Positions 43,301 through 54,019 of a stretch of 64,000 nt of DNA are shown piece after piece (the first letter of the stretch is position 1; every line of letters begins with the position of its first letter). A program made the position numbers and the translations under genes. Source of the DNA: Lingula anatina (lineage: Eukaryota > Animalia > Brachiopoda); contig CM120647.1 of assembly GCA_051362555.1 (NCBI GenBank), forward strand, positions 3,224,001 to 3,288,000. Reading direction: 5' to 3'. The notes below the pieces were generated by a model. The model did not search any database, was not told the origin of the DNA, and saw nothing but the letters and a program-made list of their open reading frames with translations.

Positions 43301-46300
43301 TGTGAAAATTATTAACGTTTAACTATCTTAAGCCATGGAATTTGGCAGTCTTTTCAATGTCATTTTCAGTATTTCTCAAATTTATATGTTCTGAAAATGT
43401 CCTTTTTATTAGACATAGTCAACTGTTTAGGTTAAGTTTATCAAAATTATTGTTCAACTATTTTAGTGTGGGAAATTTGCAATTTTTAGAATTTAATTTT
43501 CACTTTTATCAAACATATTGTTCTTTTTCCAGGTGACCTTTTCCATACAGCGTGATGGCTTTTTTGGTGAACTGATTCTTCCTGTCTGGTCAGGGCTAAT
43601 TCCTATAGAAAAAACAGACAGCAAAAGACAACAGCAAGAGCAATGCTATGTCTCATCCATGTATACAATAGATGGTATATGGCAAGCTTTAGGACATTGT
43701 CAAATGGTGTGCTAAACCCTATTCCAGAAACCGATTGTAAGGAGGAATCTGCATCTGGTATTGGTAGTAAGGAGATGTCTTAAATGGGTATATATTCTTT
43801 TCCAGAGGACAATTATGGGTAATTTGTCACCTCTTACACAAACAAACTCAAATCATAATATTTGATGTTTAATGTGAGTCTAATTAGATGTGAAATTGAA
43901 AAAAAAATATTGTAGATAATTCTCAATCTCCGCATACAAAATGTCAAACAACTACAATTCTATCACGCACTGTCAACTGTTAAGCTTATCACAGATTTTT
44001 GTTATTGTTAAGCATCATCTCTCCAAATTTCACAAATATTGAACAAGTTTTGTGAAAATTATTAACGTTTAACTATTTTAAGGCACCGCATTTTGCAGTC
44101 TTCTCAGTGTCATTTTCAATTTTCTCAAATTTATTGTCCAAAAAAATCTTTTTAATGAGCCACAGTCAACTGATGAGCTTATCACAGATTTTTATTGTTG
44201 TTATGCATCATCTATCCAAATTTCACAAATATTAGACAAGATTTGTGAAAATTATTAACGTTTAACTATTTTAAGCCATGGAATTTGGCAGTCTTTTCAA
44301 TGTCATTTCCAGTTTTCTCACATTTATATGCTCTGAAAATTCTTTTTCATGACACACAGTCAACTGATGAGCTTATCACAGATTTTTATTGTTGTTATGC
44401 ATGATCTGTCCAAATTTCACAAATCTTGAACAAGATTTGTGAAAATTATTAACGTTTAACTATTTTAAGGCACCGCATTTTGCAGTCTTTTCAATGTCAT
44501 TTTCAGTTTTCTCAATTTTATTGTTTAAAAAAATCTTTTTTATGAGACACTGTCAACTGATGAGCTTATCACAGATTTTTATTGTTGTTATGCATCATCT
44601 CTCCAAATTCCACAAACATTAGACAAGATTTGTGAAAATTATTAACGTTTAACTATTTTTAGCCATGGAATTTTGCAGTCTTTGTAATGTCATTTTCAGT
44701 TTTTTCACATTTATATGCTCTCAAAAATGTTTTTCATGAGACACAGTAAACTGATGAGCTTATCACAAAATTTTATTATTGTTATGCATCATCTCTCCAA
44801 ATTCCACAAACATTAGACAAGATTTGTGAAAATTATTAACGTTTAACTATTTTAAGCCATGGAATTTGGCAGTCTTTTCAGTGTTATTGTCAGTTTTCTC
44901 AAATTTATTGTCCAAAAAAAATCTTTTTCACGAGACACAGTCAACTGATGAGCTTATCACAGATTTTTATTGTTGTTATGCATCATCTATCCAAATTTCA
45001 CAAATATTAGACAAGATTTGTGAAAATTATTAACGTTTAACTATTTTAAGCCATGGAATTTGGCAGTCTTTTCAATGTCATTTTCAGTATTTCTCAAATT
45101 TATATGTTCTGAAAATGTCCTTTTTATTAGACATAGTCAACTGTTTAGGTTAAGTTTATGAAAATTATTGTTCAACTATTTTAGTGTGGGAAATTTGTCA
45201 ATTTTTAGAATTTAATTTTCACTTTTATCAAACATATTGTTCTTTTTCCAGGTGACCTTTTCCATACAGCGTGATGGCTTTTTTGGTGAACTGATTCTTC
45301 CTGTCTGGTCAGGGCTAATTCCTATAGAAAAAACAGACAGCAAAAGACAACAGCAAGAGCAATGCTATGTCTCATCCATGTGTACAATAGATGGTATATG
45401 GCAAGCTTTAGGACATTGTCAAATGGTGTGCTAAACCCTATTCCAGAAACCCATTGTAAGGAGGAATCTGCATCTGGTATTGGTAGTAAGGAGATGTCTT
45501 AAATGGGTATATATTCTTTTCCAGAGGACAATTATGGGTAATTTGTCACCTCTTACACAAACAAACTCAAATCATAATATTTGATGTTTAATGTGAGTCT
45601 AATTAGATGTGAAATTGAAAAAAAAATATTGTAGATAATTCTCACTCTCCGCATACAAAATGTCAAACAACTACAATTCTATCACGCACTGTCAACTGTT
45701 AAGCTTATCACAGATTTTTGTTATTGTTAAGCATCATCTCTCCAAATTTCACAAATATTGAACAAGTTTTGTGAAAATTATTAACGTTTAACTATTTTAA
45801 GGCACCGCATTTTGCAGTCTTTTCAATGTCATTTTCAGTTTTCTCAATTTTATTGTCCAAAAAAATCTTTTTAATGAGCCACAGTCAACTGATGAGCTTA
45901 TCACAGATTTTTATTGTTGTTATGCATCATCTATCCAAATTTCACAAATATTAGACAAGATTTGTTAAAATTAATAACGTTTAACTATTTTAAGGCACCG
46001 CATTTTGCAGTCTTTTCAATGTCATTTTCAGTTTTCTCAATTTTATTGTCCAAAAAAATCTTTTTTTATGAGACATAGTCAACTGATGAGCTTATCACAG
46101 ATTGTCATTATTGTTATGCATCATCTATCCAAATTTCACAAATATTAGACAAGATTTGTGAAAATTATTAATGTTTAACTATTTTTAGCCATGGAATTTG
46201 GCTGTCTTTTCAATGTCATTTTCAGTTTTCTCACATTTATATGCTCTCAAAAATGTTTTTCATGAGACACAGTAAACTGATGAGCTTATCACAGATTTGT

Positions 46301-47749
46301 ATTGTTGTTATGCATCATCTCTCCAAATTCCACAAACATTAGACAAGATTTGTGAAAATAATTAACGTTTAACTATTTTAAGCCATGGAATTTTGCAGTC
46401 TTAGCAATGTCATTTTCAATTTTTTCACATTTATATGCTCTGAAAATGCTTTTTCATGAGACACAGTCAACTGATGAGCTGATCACAGATTTGTATTGTT
46501 GTTATGCATCATCTCTCCAAATTCCACAAACATTAGACAAGATTTGTAAAAATTATTTACGTTTAACTATTTTAAGCCATGGAATTTGGCAGTCTTTTCA
46601 GTGTTATTGTCAGTTTTCTCAAATTTATTGTCCAAAAAAAATCTTTTTCACGAGACACAGTCAACTGATGAGCTTATTACAGATTTTTATTGTTGTTATG
46701 CATCATCTATCCAAATTTCACATATATTAGACAAGATTTGTGAAAATTATTAACGTTTAACTATTTTAAGCCATGGAATTTGGCAGTCTTTTCAGTGTTA
46801 TTGTCAGTTTTCTCAAATTTATTGTCCAAAAAAAATCTTTTTACACGGGACACAGTCAACTGATGAGCTTATCACAGATTTTTTTTGTTGTTATGCATCA
46901 TCTATCCAAATTTCACAAATATTAGACAAGATTTGTGAAAATTGTTAACGTTTAACTATTTTAAGCCATGGAATTTGGCAGTCTTTTCAATGTCATTTCC
47001 AGTTTTCTCACATTTATATGCTCTGAAAATTCTTTTTCATGACACACAGTCAACTGATGAGCTTATCACAGATTTTTATTGTTGTTATGCATCATCTATC
47101 CAAATTTCACAAATATTAGACAAGATTTGTGAAAATTATTAACGTTTAACTATTTTAAGCCATGGAATTTGGCAGTCTTTTCAATGTCATTTTCAGTATT
47201 TCTCAAATTTATATGTTCTGAAAATGTCCTTTTTATTAGACATAGTCAACTGTTTAGGTTAAGTTTATGAAAATTATTGTTCAACTATTTTAGTGTGGGA
47301 AATTTGTCAATTTTTAGAATTTAATTTTCACTTTTATCAAACATATTGTTCTTTTTCCAGGTGACCTTTTCCATACAGCGTGATGGCTTTTTTGGTGAAC
47401 TGATTCTTCCTGTCTGGTCAGGGCTAATTCCTATAGAAAAAACAGACAGCAAAAGACAACAGCAAGAGCAATGCTATGTCTCATCCATGTGTACAATAGA
47501 TGGTATATGGCAAGCTTTAGGACATTGTCAAATGGTGAGCTAAACCCTATTCCAGAAACCGATTGTAAGGAGGAATCTGCATCTGGTATTGGTAGTAAGG
47601 AGATGTCTTAAATGGGTATATATTCTTTTCCAGAGGACAATTATGGGTAATTTGTCACCTCTTACACAAACAAACTCAAATCATAATATTTGATGTTTAA
47701 TGTGAGTCTAATTAGATGTTGTGAAATTGAAAAAAAAAATATTGTAGAT

Positions 47750-49690
47750 AATTTTCACTCTTCGCATACAAAATGTCAAACAACTACAATTCTATCACAC
47801 ACTGTCAACTGTTAAGCTTATCACAGATTTTTGTTATTGTTAAGCATCATCTCTCCAAATTTCACAAATTTTGAACAAGTTTTGTGAAAATTATTAACGT
47901 TTAACTATTTTAAGGCACCGCATTTTGCAGTCTTCTCAGTGTCATTTTCAATTTTCTCAAATTTATTGTCAAAAAAATCTTTTAAATGAAACACAGTCAA
48001 CTGTTATGCATTATCTATCCAAATTTCACAAATATTAGACAAGATTTGTGAAAATTATTAACATTTAACTATTTTAAGCCATGGAATTTGGCAGTCTTTT
48101 CAATGTCATTTTCAGTTTTCTCACATTTATATGCTCTGAAAATTCTTTTCCATGAGACACAGTCAACTGATGAGCTTTTCACAGATTTGTATTATTGTTA
48201 TGCATCATCTGTCCAAATTTCACAAATCTTGAAGAAGATTTGTGAAAATTATTAACGTTTAACTATTTTAAGGCACCGCATTTTGCAGTCTTTTCAATGT
48301 CATTTTCTGTTTTCTCACATTTATATGCTCTGAAAAATGTTTTTCATGAGACACCATCAACTGATGAGTTTATTACAGATTTTCATTATTGTTAAGCATC
48401 ATTTCTCCAATTTCCATAAATATTGGACAAGATTTGTGAAAAATATTAACGTTTAACTATTTAATACCATGGAATTTGGCAGTCGTTTGAGTGATATTTT
48501 CAGTTTTCTCAAATTTATTGTCCAAAAAAAATCTTTTTCATGAGACACAGTCAACTGATGAGCTTATCACAGATTTTTATTGTTGTTATGCATCATCTAT
48601 CCAAATTTCACAAATATTAGACAAGGTTTGTGAAAATTATTAACGTTTAACTATTTTAAGCCATGGAATTTGGCAGTCGTTTCAGTGTTATTTTCAGTTT
48701 TCTCAAATTTATTGTCCAAAAACATCTTTTTTATGAGACACAGTCAACTGACGAGCTTATCACAGATATTTATTGTTGTTATGCATCATCTATCCAAATT
48801 TCACAAATATTAGACAAGATTTGTGAAAATTATTAACGTTTAACTATTTTAAGGCACCGCATTTTGCAGTCTTTTCAATGTCATTTTCAGTATTTCTCAA
48901 ATTTATATGTTCTGAAAATGTCCTTTTTATTAGACATAATCAACTGATGAGCTTATTACAGATTTTTATTATTGTTAAGCATCATTTCTCCAATTTCCAC
49001 TAATATTGGATAAGATTTTTAAAAATATTAACGTTTAACTATTTTATACCATGGAATTTGGCAGTCTTTTCAATGTCATTTTCAGTTTTCTCACATTTAT
49101 ATGCTTTGAAAAATGTTTTTCATGAGACACAGTCTACTGATGAGTTTTTCAGAGATTTTTATTGATTTTAAGCATCATTTGTACAAATTTCAAAAATATT
49201 GGACTAGATTTGTCAAAACTGTTAACATTTAACTATTTTATACCATGAAAATTGCCAGTCTTTTTAATGTTATATTCATTTTTCTCAGTTATATTGTCTG
49301 AAAAAATTTTCCTCATTGGACCCAGTCATCTGATGAGGTTATTATTGTTGTTATGCATCATTTGTACAAATTTCACAAAGATTGGACCAGATTTGTCAAA
49401 ATTGTTAATGTTTAACTATTTTAAGTCATGGAATTTGGCAGTCTTTTCAATGTCATTTTCAGTTTTCTCAAAAATATATGTTCTGAAAAAATCTTTTTCA
49501 TTTGACATTGTCAACTGATGTGCTTTTCACAGATTTTTTAGATGTTAAGCATGATTTGTACAAATTTCACAAATATTGGAGTAGATTTGCCAACATTATT
49601 AATGTTTAACTATTTTAAGTTATCGAATTTGGCATTTTTTTCAATGTTATTTCCAGCTTCTCAAATATATTGACTGAAAATATATTAAAC
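47750..49690. repeat. Degenerating terminal monomers of the satellite array
   Basis: Monomer motifs remain recognisable, but private substitutions increase left to right. Examples are a ~30-bp deletion at ~48000 and TTGGACTAGATTTGTCAAAA replacing TTAGACAAGATTTGTGAAAA near 49200. Confidence 0.92.
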
Positions 49691-50125
49691 ACAGTCATTT
49701 TTTAGCTAAACTTTTTCAAAAGTATTTATGTTTAACTATTTTAAACTGGGAAATTTATCACTTTTTGATATTTAATTTACACTTTTTTCAAATATATTTT
49801 GTCAAATGGTGTGCTAAACCCTATTCCAGAAACTGATTGTAAGGAAGAATCTGCACCTGGTATTGGTAGTAAGAAGAAGTCTTGAATGGGTATATGTTGT
49901 TTTCTAGGTCACATTTCTGGACAATTTGTCACCTCTACACAAGCAAACAAATTATCACATTTGATGTTTCTTTGGAGACTGAATGATATATTGAATGATA
50001 TATATGATATATTGGCGTATTAAAATATTTGTTTTCAATAATTCTCACTCTTCTCATATAAATTGCCAATAAGCCGCACTTTTGTTACACACAGTCAACT
50101 GATAAGCTTATCACAGATATCTGCA
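49690..50125. repeat. Diverged, 5'-truncated 31st copy of the cassette with its flanks
   Basis: GTCAAATGGTGTGCTAAACCCTATTCCAGAAAC at 49801 matches the cassette. The downstream part is clearly homologous but diverged. The first ~179 bp of the cassette are absent. Confidence 0.9.
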
Positions 50126-50269
50126 GTTGTCAAATGTCATTTTTTCAAAATTAAAAAGAAATAAAATATAATTATATTCATGCTGGTAATTTTGATACAT
50201 TTTAAGTCTTATTGCACATTGTTCTCTGCCACCACGTCACTGTTACTGCTTCTCCTCTTAAACTATAAG

Positions 50270-51720
50270 AGACCATGTATCCATCTCTTGTATGTAGGTC
50301 AGATATAATCTCAACTTGATCCATGTGAATTTTGGGTACGCGGTGCTGGGGTGTAGGTGTGGTGTTCGTCACATTGCACCCTTGTCCAAAATTTGCAAAA
50401 TGAAATGCAAAATATCTCCCAAACTAAAGGCATTGCAGGAAAAGTTTCTATGGATGACTGAAAGTGGTATGTGGGATTTGAAATATGCCCATTTACGGTT
50501 AAATGGGCCAAAATTTTCTTTAAAATTTTTTTCATTCATGCTGATTTTCTGAATCTACACAGACCTATCCTATAATATTATGGGCAGGTATTACCCTTAG
50601 GGTTATCTTTCATCTTCATGAGTTTGGGGTCAGTTGGTGCATTTTTATGGGAGAAGCAGCCAGATTTCTTAAATGCAATCTCTAATCCTGGAACCATAAA
50701 TGCTAGAAACCTTTTGTTTAGTGCATTTTATAGATCTTGTCAAGCACAACACTGGGGATGGGGTCTGTTTTTGTTTTCCATATGGTATACGAGTTGCACC
50801 ATATCAGAAAGTACAATGTTGCAATATCCATTGGTGAAAATAAAATGTGAAATAACTCCAAAATTAGAGGTACCCCCATAGTTACTAAAGACCTTCAATA
50901 GGAAGTCATACACTTGCAATCTGTCACCTTGAGATTGACCTTTGACCTAATTTTCAATTTGAACTGAACTTTACACCTCTCTGCCCCTTATATTTCCAAA
51001 ACTGCCAGAGTTATGCCCACAGTTACTATAAAACTTGAATAGGAAGTCACATACTGGCAATCTGTCACCTTAAATTTGACCTCTGACCTACTTTTCACCA
51101 TGAACTGAACTTTGCATCTTTTTTGTCCCTTATATCTCCAAAACTGCCAGATACATGCCCAAAGTTACTATTAAACTTGAACAGGAAGTAATATACTGGC
51201 AATAAATGACCTTGAAATTTACTTTTGCCCACTTTTCACCATGAACTGAACTTTGCAAGTTTTCCATCAATATATCTCCAAAACTGGCAGAGGTATGCCC
51301 ATAGTCATACATTGGCAATCTAGCTGTGACCTTGAACTTGACCCTAGACCTACTTTTTACCATGAACTGAACTTTGCAAATTTTCTGTCCCTTATGTCTC
51401 CAAAACCGCCCACAGATACTACCGAGCTTGAATAAGAACTCATATGTTGACAGTCTTCCTGTGGCCTTGAATTTGACCCTTGACCTACTTTTAGCCATGA
51501 AGCGCACTTTTCAAATTTCCAAGCTCTGATATATACAATTGAACTTGGATGGGAAGTCCTATATTCTCATTCTTTTTGAAACCTTGAATTTGAACATTAC
51601 TTCTCCCCACAATTTGTTATAAATTGAAATATATGTATTGTTCAAAAAATTGAGAACTGTTGTTTACCGTATTTTGTCAAGCACAACACTTAAGGTGGTT
51701 TCCCTTTTTTGTTTCTATAA
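50270..51720. mobile_element. Probable non-autonomous DNA transposon (pearl/HINE-like MITE with internal tandem repeats) inserted in the old satellite edge; boundaries approximate
   Basis: A non-satellite block with satellite on both sides. It contains ~142-bp tandem repeats rich in TGACCTTGA/TTGACC and ATATCTCCAAAACT motifs, a 9-bp hairpin GCCCATTTA-cggt-TAAATGGGC (50487-50508) and a 17-bp direct repeat (50737/51674). The family assignment rests on motif resemblance only. Confidence 0.5.
50881..51600. repeat. Diverged ~142-bp tandem repeat, about 5 copies
   Basis: Units start GTTACTA at 50881, 51022 and 51164, with truncated units at ~51304 and ~51421. They share the motifs AGGAAGTCA, TGACCT.., TGAACTGAACTTT and TCCAAAACTG. 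Confidence 0.88.
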
Positions 51721-51829
51721 GAATGTGCTTACTCCAGCTGGTTTTCACCTTTCTCAAATGAATTGTGAAAAAAAAAACACTTTAATTACACATAGCAGAT
51801 TAACTTGTTTTTTTTTTTTACTTAAGTGG

Positions 51830-52485
51830 TATACATTTCACAAACATTAGACTAGATTTTTTAAACTATTTTTATCCATGGAATTTGCCAGTTTTTTATA
51901 ATTGTTATCAGTTTTCTCAAATATGTTGTCCTAAATATTACTTTTATTACATACAGCTTATTTTAGATTATTCCAGTTGCTAATTAAGCCACAGTTGTAC
52001 AAGTTTTACAAACATGACAGTACATCTCGCAGAGTTATTAACGTTTAACGTTTTTTAATGTAATTTTCGCTCTTTTAAAATGTCTTAAAAATATGCAGTT
52101 ACACAGTCATCAGTAATCACACAGTGCAACTGATGAGTTATCACATTTCTGTTGCTGTTAAGCAGCATTTGTACAAGTATCACAAATAATGGACTAGATT
52201 TGTCAAAATTATTAATGCTTAACTATTGTAAGCCATGTGATTTGCCAGTTTTTTAATGTAATAATAAAACATATTGTCCAAAAAATCTTTTATTTTATAT
52301 TGTTCAAAAAAGCTTATCTCAGATTTATACAGTTGTTAAGCTTCAGTTGTACAAACATTGGACTTGATTTGTCATTATTATTAACACACTGTTTTTATTA
52401 TCGGAATTTGCCAGTCTTTTATGTCTAGTTTTCACTTCTCAAAAATTCACTTCAACTACACACAGTCAACAGATAAGCTTACTTC
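51830..52485. repeat. Highly diverged relic monomers of the 194-bp satellite (about 3-4 copies)
   Basis: TTCACAAACATTAGACTAG..CCATGGAATTTGCCAG (51837-51891), CAACTGATGAGTTATCACA (~52127-52145), AACTATTGTAAGCCATG (~52221) and CACAGTCAACAGATAAGCTTA (~52461-52481). Confidence 0.85.
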
Positions 52486-52699
52486 AATCATAATCAAGTT
52501 GCTCTTTCTAGACTGAAACACAGATGTAGGTCTAACGTTTAAAAACCAACCTTATTAGATATTTGCTCACATACATCCGTACATACACTGTAGATTCATG
52601 TGTGGACATACAAAGACGTAGATGTCATATACAACTACATGTAGTATGTTGATATCATAATGTGGTAGGTACTTATTGCAACAGAGACGATCATATTTT

Positions 52700-52744
52700 C
52701 CGCCAGGTGGTGTTATAGTACTGCCCAGTTTGTCAAACATGGCG
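52700..52744 (+). promoter_or_regulatory. CTCF-like motif followed by a YY1-like motif
   Basis: CCGCCAGGTGGTGTTA (52700-52715) resembles the CTCF consensus CCACCAGGGGGCGCTA. CAAACATGGCG (52734-52744) resembles YY1 AAGATGGCG. These are motif matches only. Confidence 0.25.
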
Positions 52745-54019
52745 AAAACTGTTCAGATAAAAGCAGTGGACCATTTTAGAATCGCCATTGACCTACATAA
52801 TATTATTTCATTTTGGGTGTTTTCTTCTGGTTTCTTTTTTAAATATATTTAACACAACTGCACTATATATATACATATATATGCATTTTGATTTTAATAA
52901 ATTTTTAATCAAGTTTTGTTCGTCAGATAAGGGTGAGAGTTGAACAGAAAAGCTTTAGCCCCTCCCCCATAAAGCAAATTGAACCTACTCTCTAGGAAGA
53001 GTTGTTACACCTTACGTGATCAGGGAGTGGATGCGAGGCGGTCTGGACACTAAGTATACGAATATTTACGTTTCAACCAATTCGGTATAACGTTTCAATT
53101 TATCAGTGTTAGGGATTTAATGTTCACTTATTTGTAATTAATTTTATAAGAAGTATTGTGACGCGTGCATGCATAAAAATGGTTTGGCCATTCCCCAGTG
53201 TTTCCCCCACAACATTTTGCTTCCTCAATTACTTCACCTTATCACATCCTATGGAAATGAAAACTATTTCGGACTTCGTTAGTAGAAAAAATATCGTCAG
53301 TTGAAGACGTACCAGGAGTATATTTACTAGAAGCAGACAAAAAAGGGGAAATGCTGTGGAATCTCTCATTTAAATTCCTATTTACTGACATGTAAATATT
53401 TGTAGTAAGCGGTTGGAGGTCGAAATAAAAAGAGCATAACAGACAGTAGGTACACTGTATAGGACTTCCATTTCTAAAAACGATTTCACTAGTCCATTTG
53501 TACTATTTCAGTCCGTTGAATATATAAGTTTAATTATAGCTACACGTACAGATCGTTGTGTGACGGAGTTTTAAAAATTGTGGGTTCACTGGCCAACAAT
53601 GTCAATCCTTCAAGGCATAGGGGGCGAACTGATAGCGCAAAATACTCTTTCAAACAAATGTTAAGCGTTCTGTTGATACCTCATGTCGATACCTTTAAAA
53701 TAAGGCATTGGGTACTAGAAACATGGCGTGTTTAAGACTGCGTGGTCGTCAGATACAGGTTTGGTTTATTTCAGTAAATATATCTGTCCCTTATGCCTTT
53801 CAACGTGCTCTGTTCTCGTAAGACCTTCAAGTTTGCCGACGTGGCCTTTGTTAAATGGTACTACAATAATGATTACCCTCAACCAGGGCCACAGATTGAT
53901 TCTTCACTAGATACACGTTTTCACAGATATGTCTCTAGTTAAACAATGGGACTTTTCTGTCCTGCGTCAGAGAAAAGTGCACATGAATCAGCGGTCCTGG
54001 GAGATTGTTAGTTATTATA

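Larger units (their letters stand above)
1..50150. repeat. Composite macrosatellite: variable runs of ~194-bp monomers alternating with a ~380-bp unique cassette (30 intact copies plus 1 degenerate); begins upstream of the window
   Basis: The same 65-codon cassette ORF ends at 1112, 3218, 5329, 6857, 8577, 9913, 11635, 12773, 14493, 16605, 17746, 19078, 20798, 22521, 24242, 25381, 26713, 28433, 30545, 31686, 33407, 34744, 36077, 37215, 38935, 41046, 42382, 43715, 45434 and 47543. All copies are in the same orientation. The intervals are filled by ~194-bp monomers. Confidence 0.98.

Noticed and set aside
915-47543. Repeated 65-aa/124-aa ORF (FFFQVTFSIQRDGFFGEL...) as a tandem protein gene family
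   Set aside because: It starts at TTG, not ATG, and its N-terminus is translated polypyrimidine tract or satellite. The variants I could see among copies (R/C, L/P twice, G/V, C/Y, D/N, C/S) are all non-synonymous, giving no sign of purifying selection. Identity is explained by recent amplification.
1980-49518. Satellite-derived ORFs (e.g. 1980..2237, 8928..9125, 46407..46730, 46942..47142, 49252..49518 and the 64-aa MQSFQCHF.. set)
   Set aside because: They arise from single substitutions that remove a stop in otherwise closed monomers, and they have F/L/I/S-rich low-complexity composition.
1-50150. CRISPR array, rDNA, 5S, histone, snRNA or spliced-leader tandem array
   Set aside because: The repeats are far too long for CRISPR and there are no unique spacers or cas genes. 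I recognised no rRNA, histone, snRNA or SL sequence, and no Pol III boxes, in the cassette.
51130-51507. 125-aa minus-strand ORF with repeated KSRSRVKFKVT
   Set aside because: It is a translation of the ~142-bp tandem repeat; no domain is recognisable.
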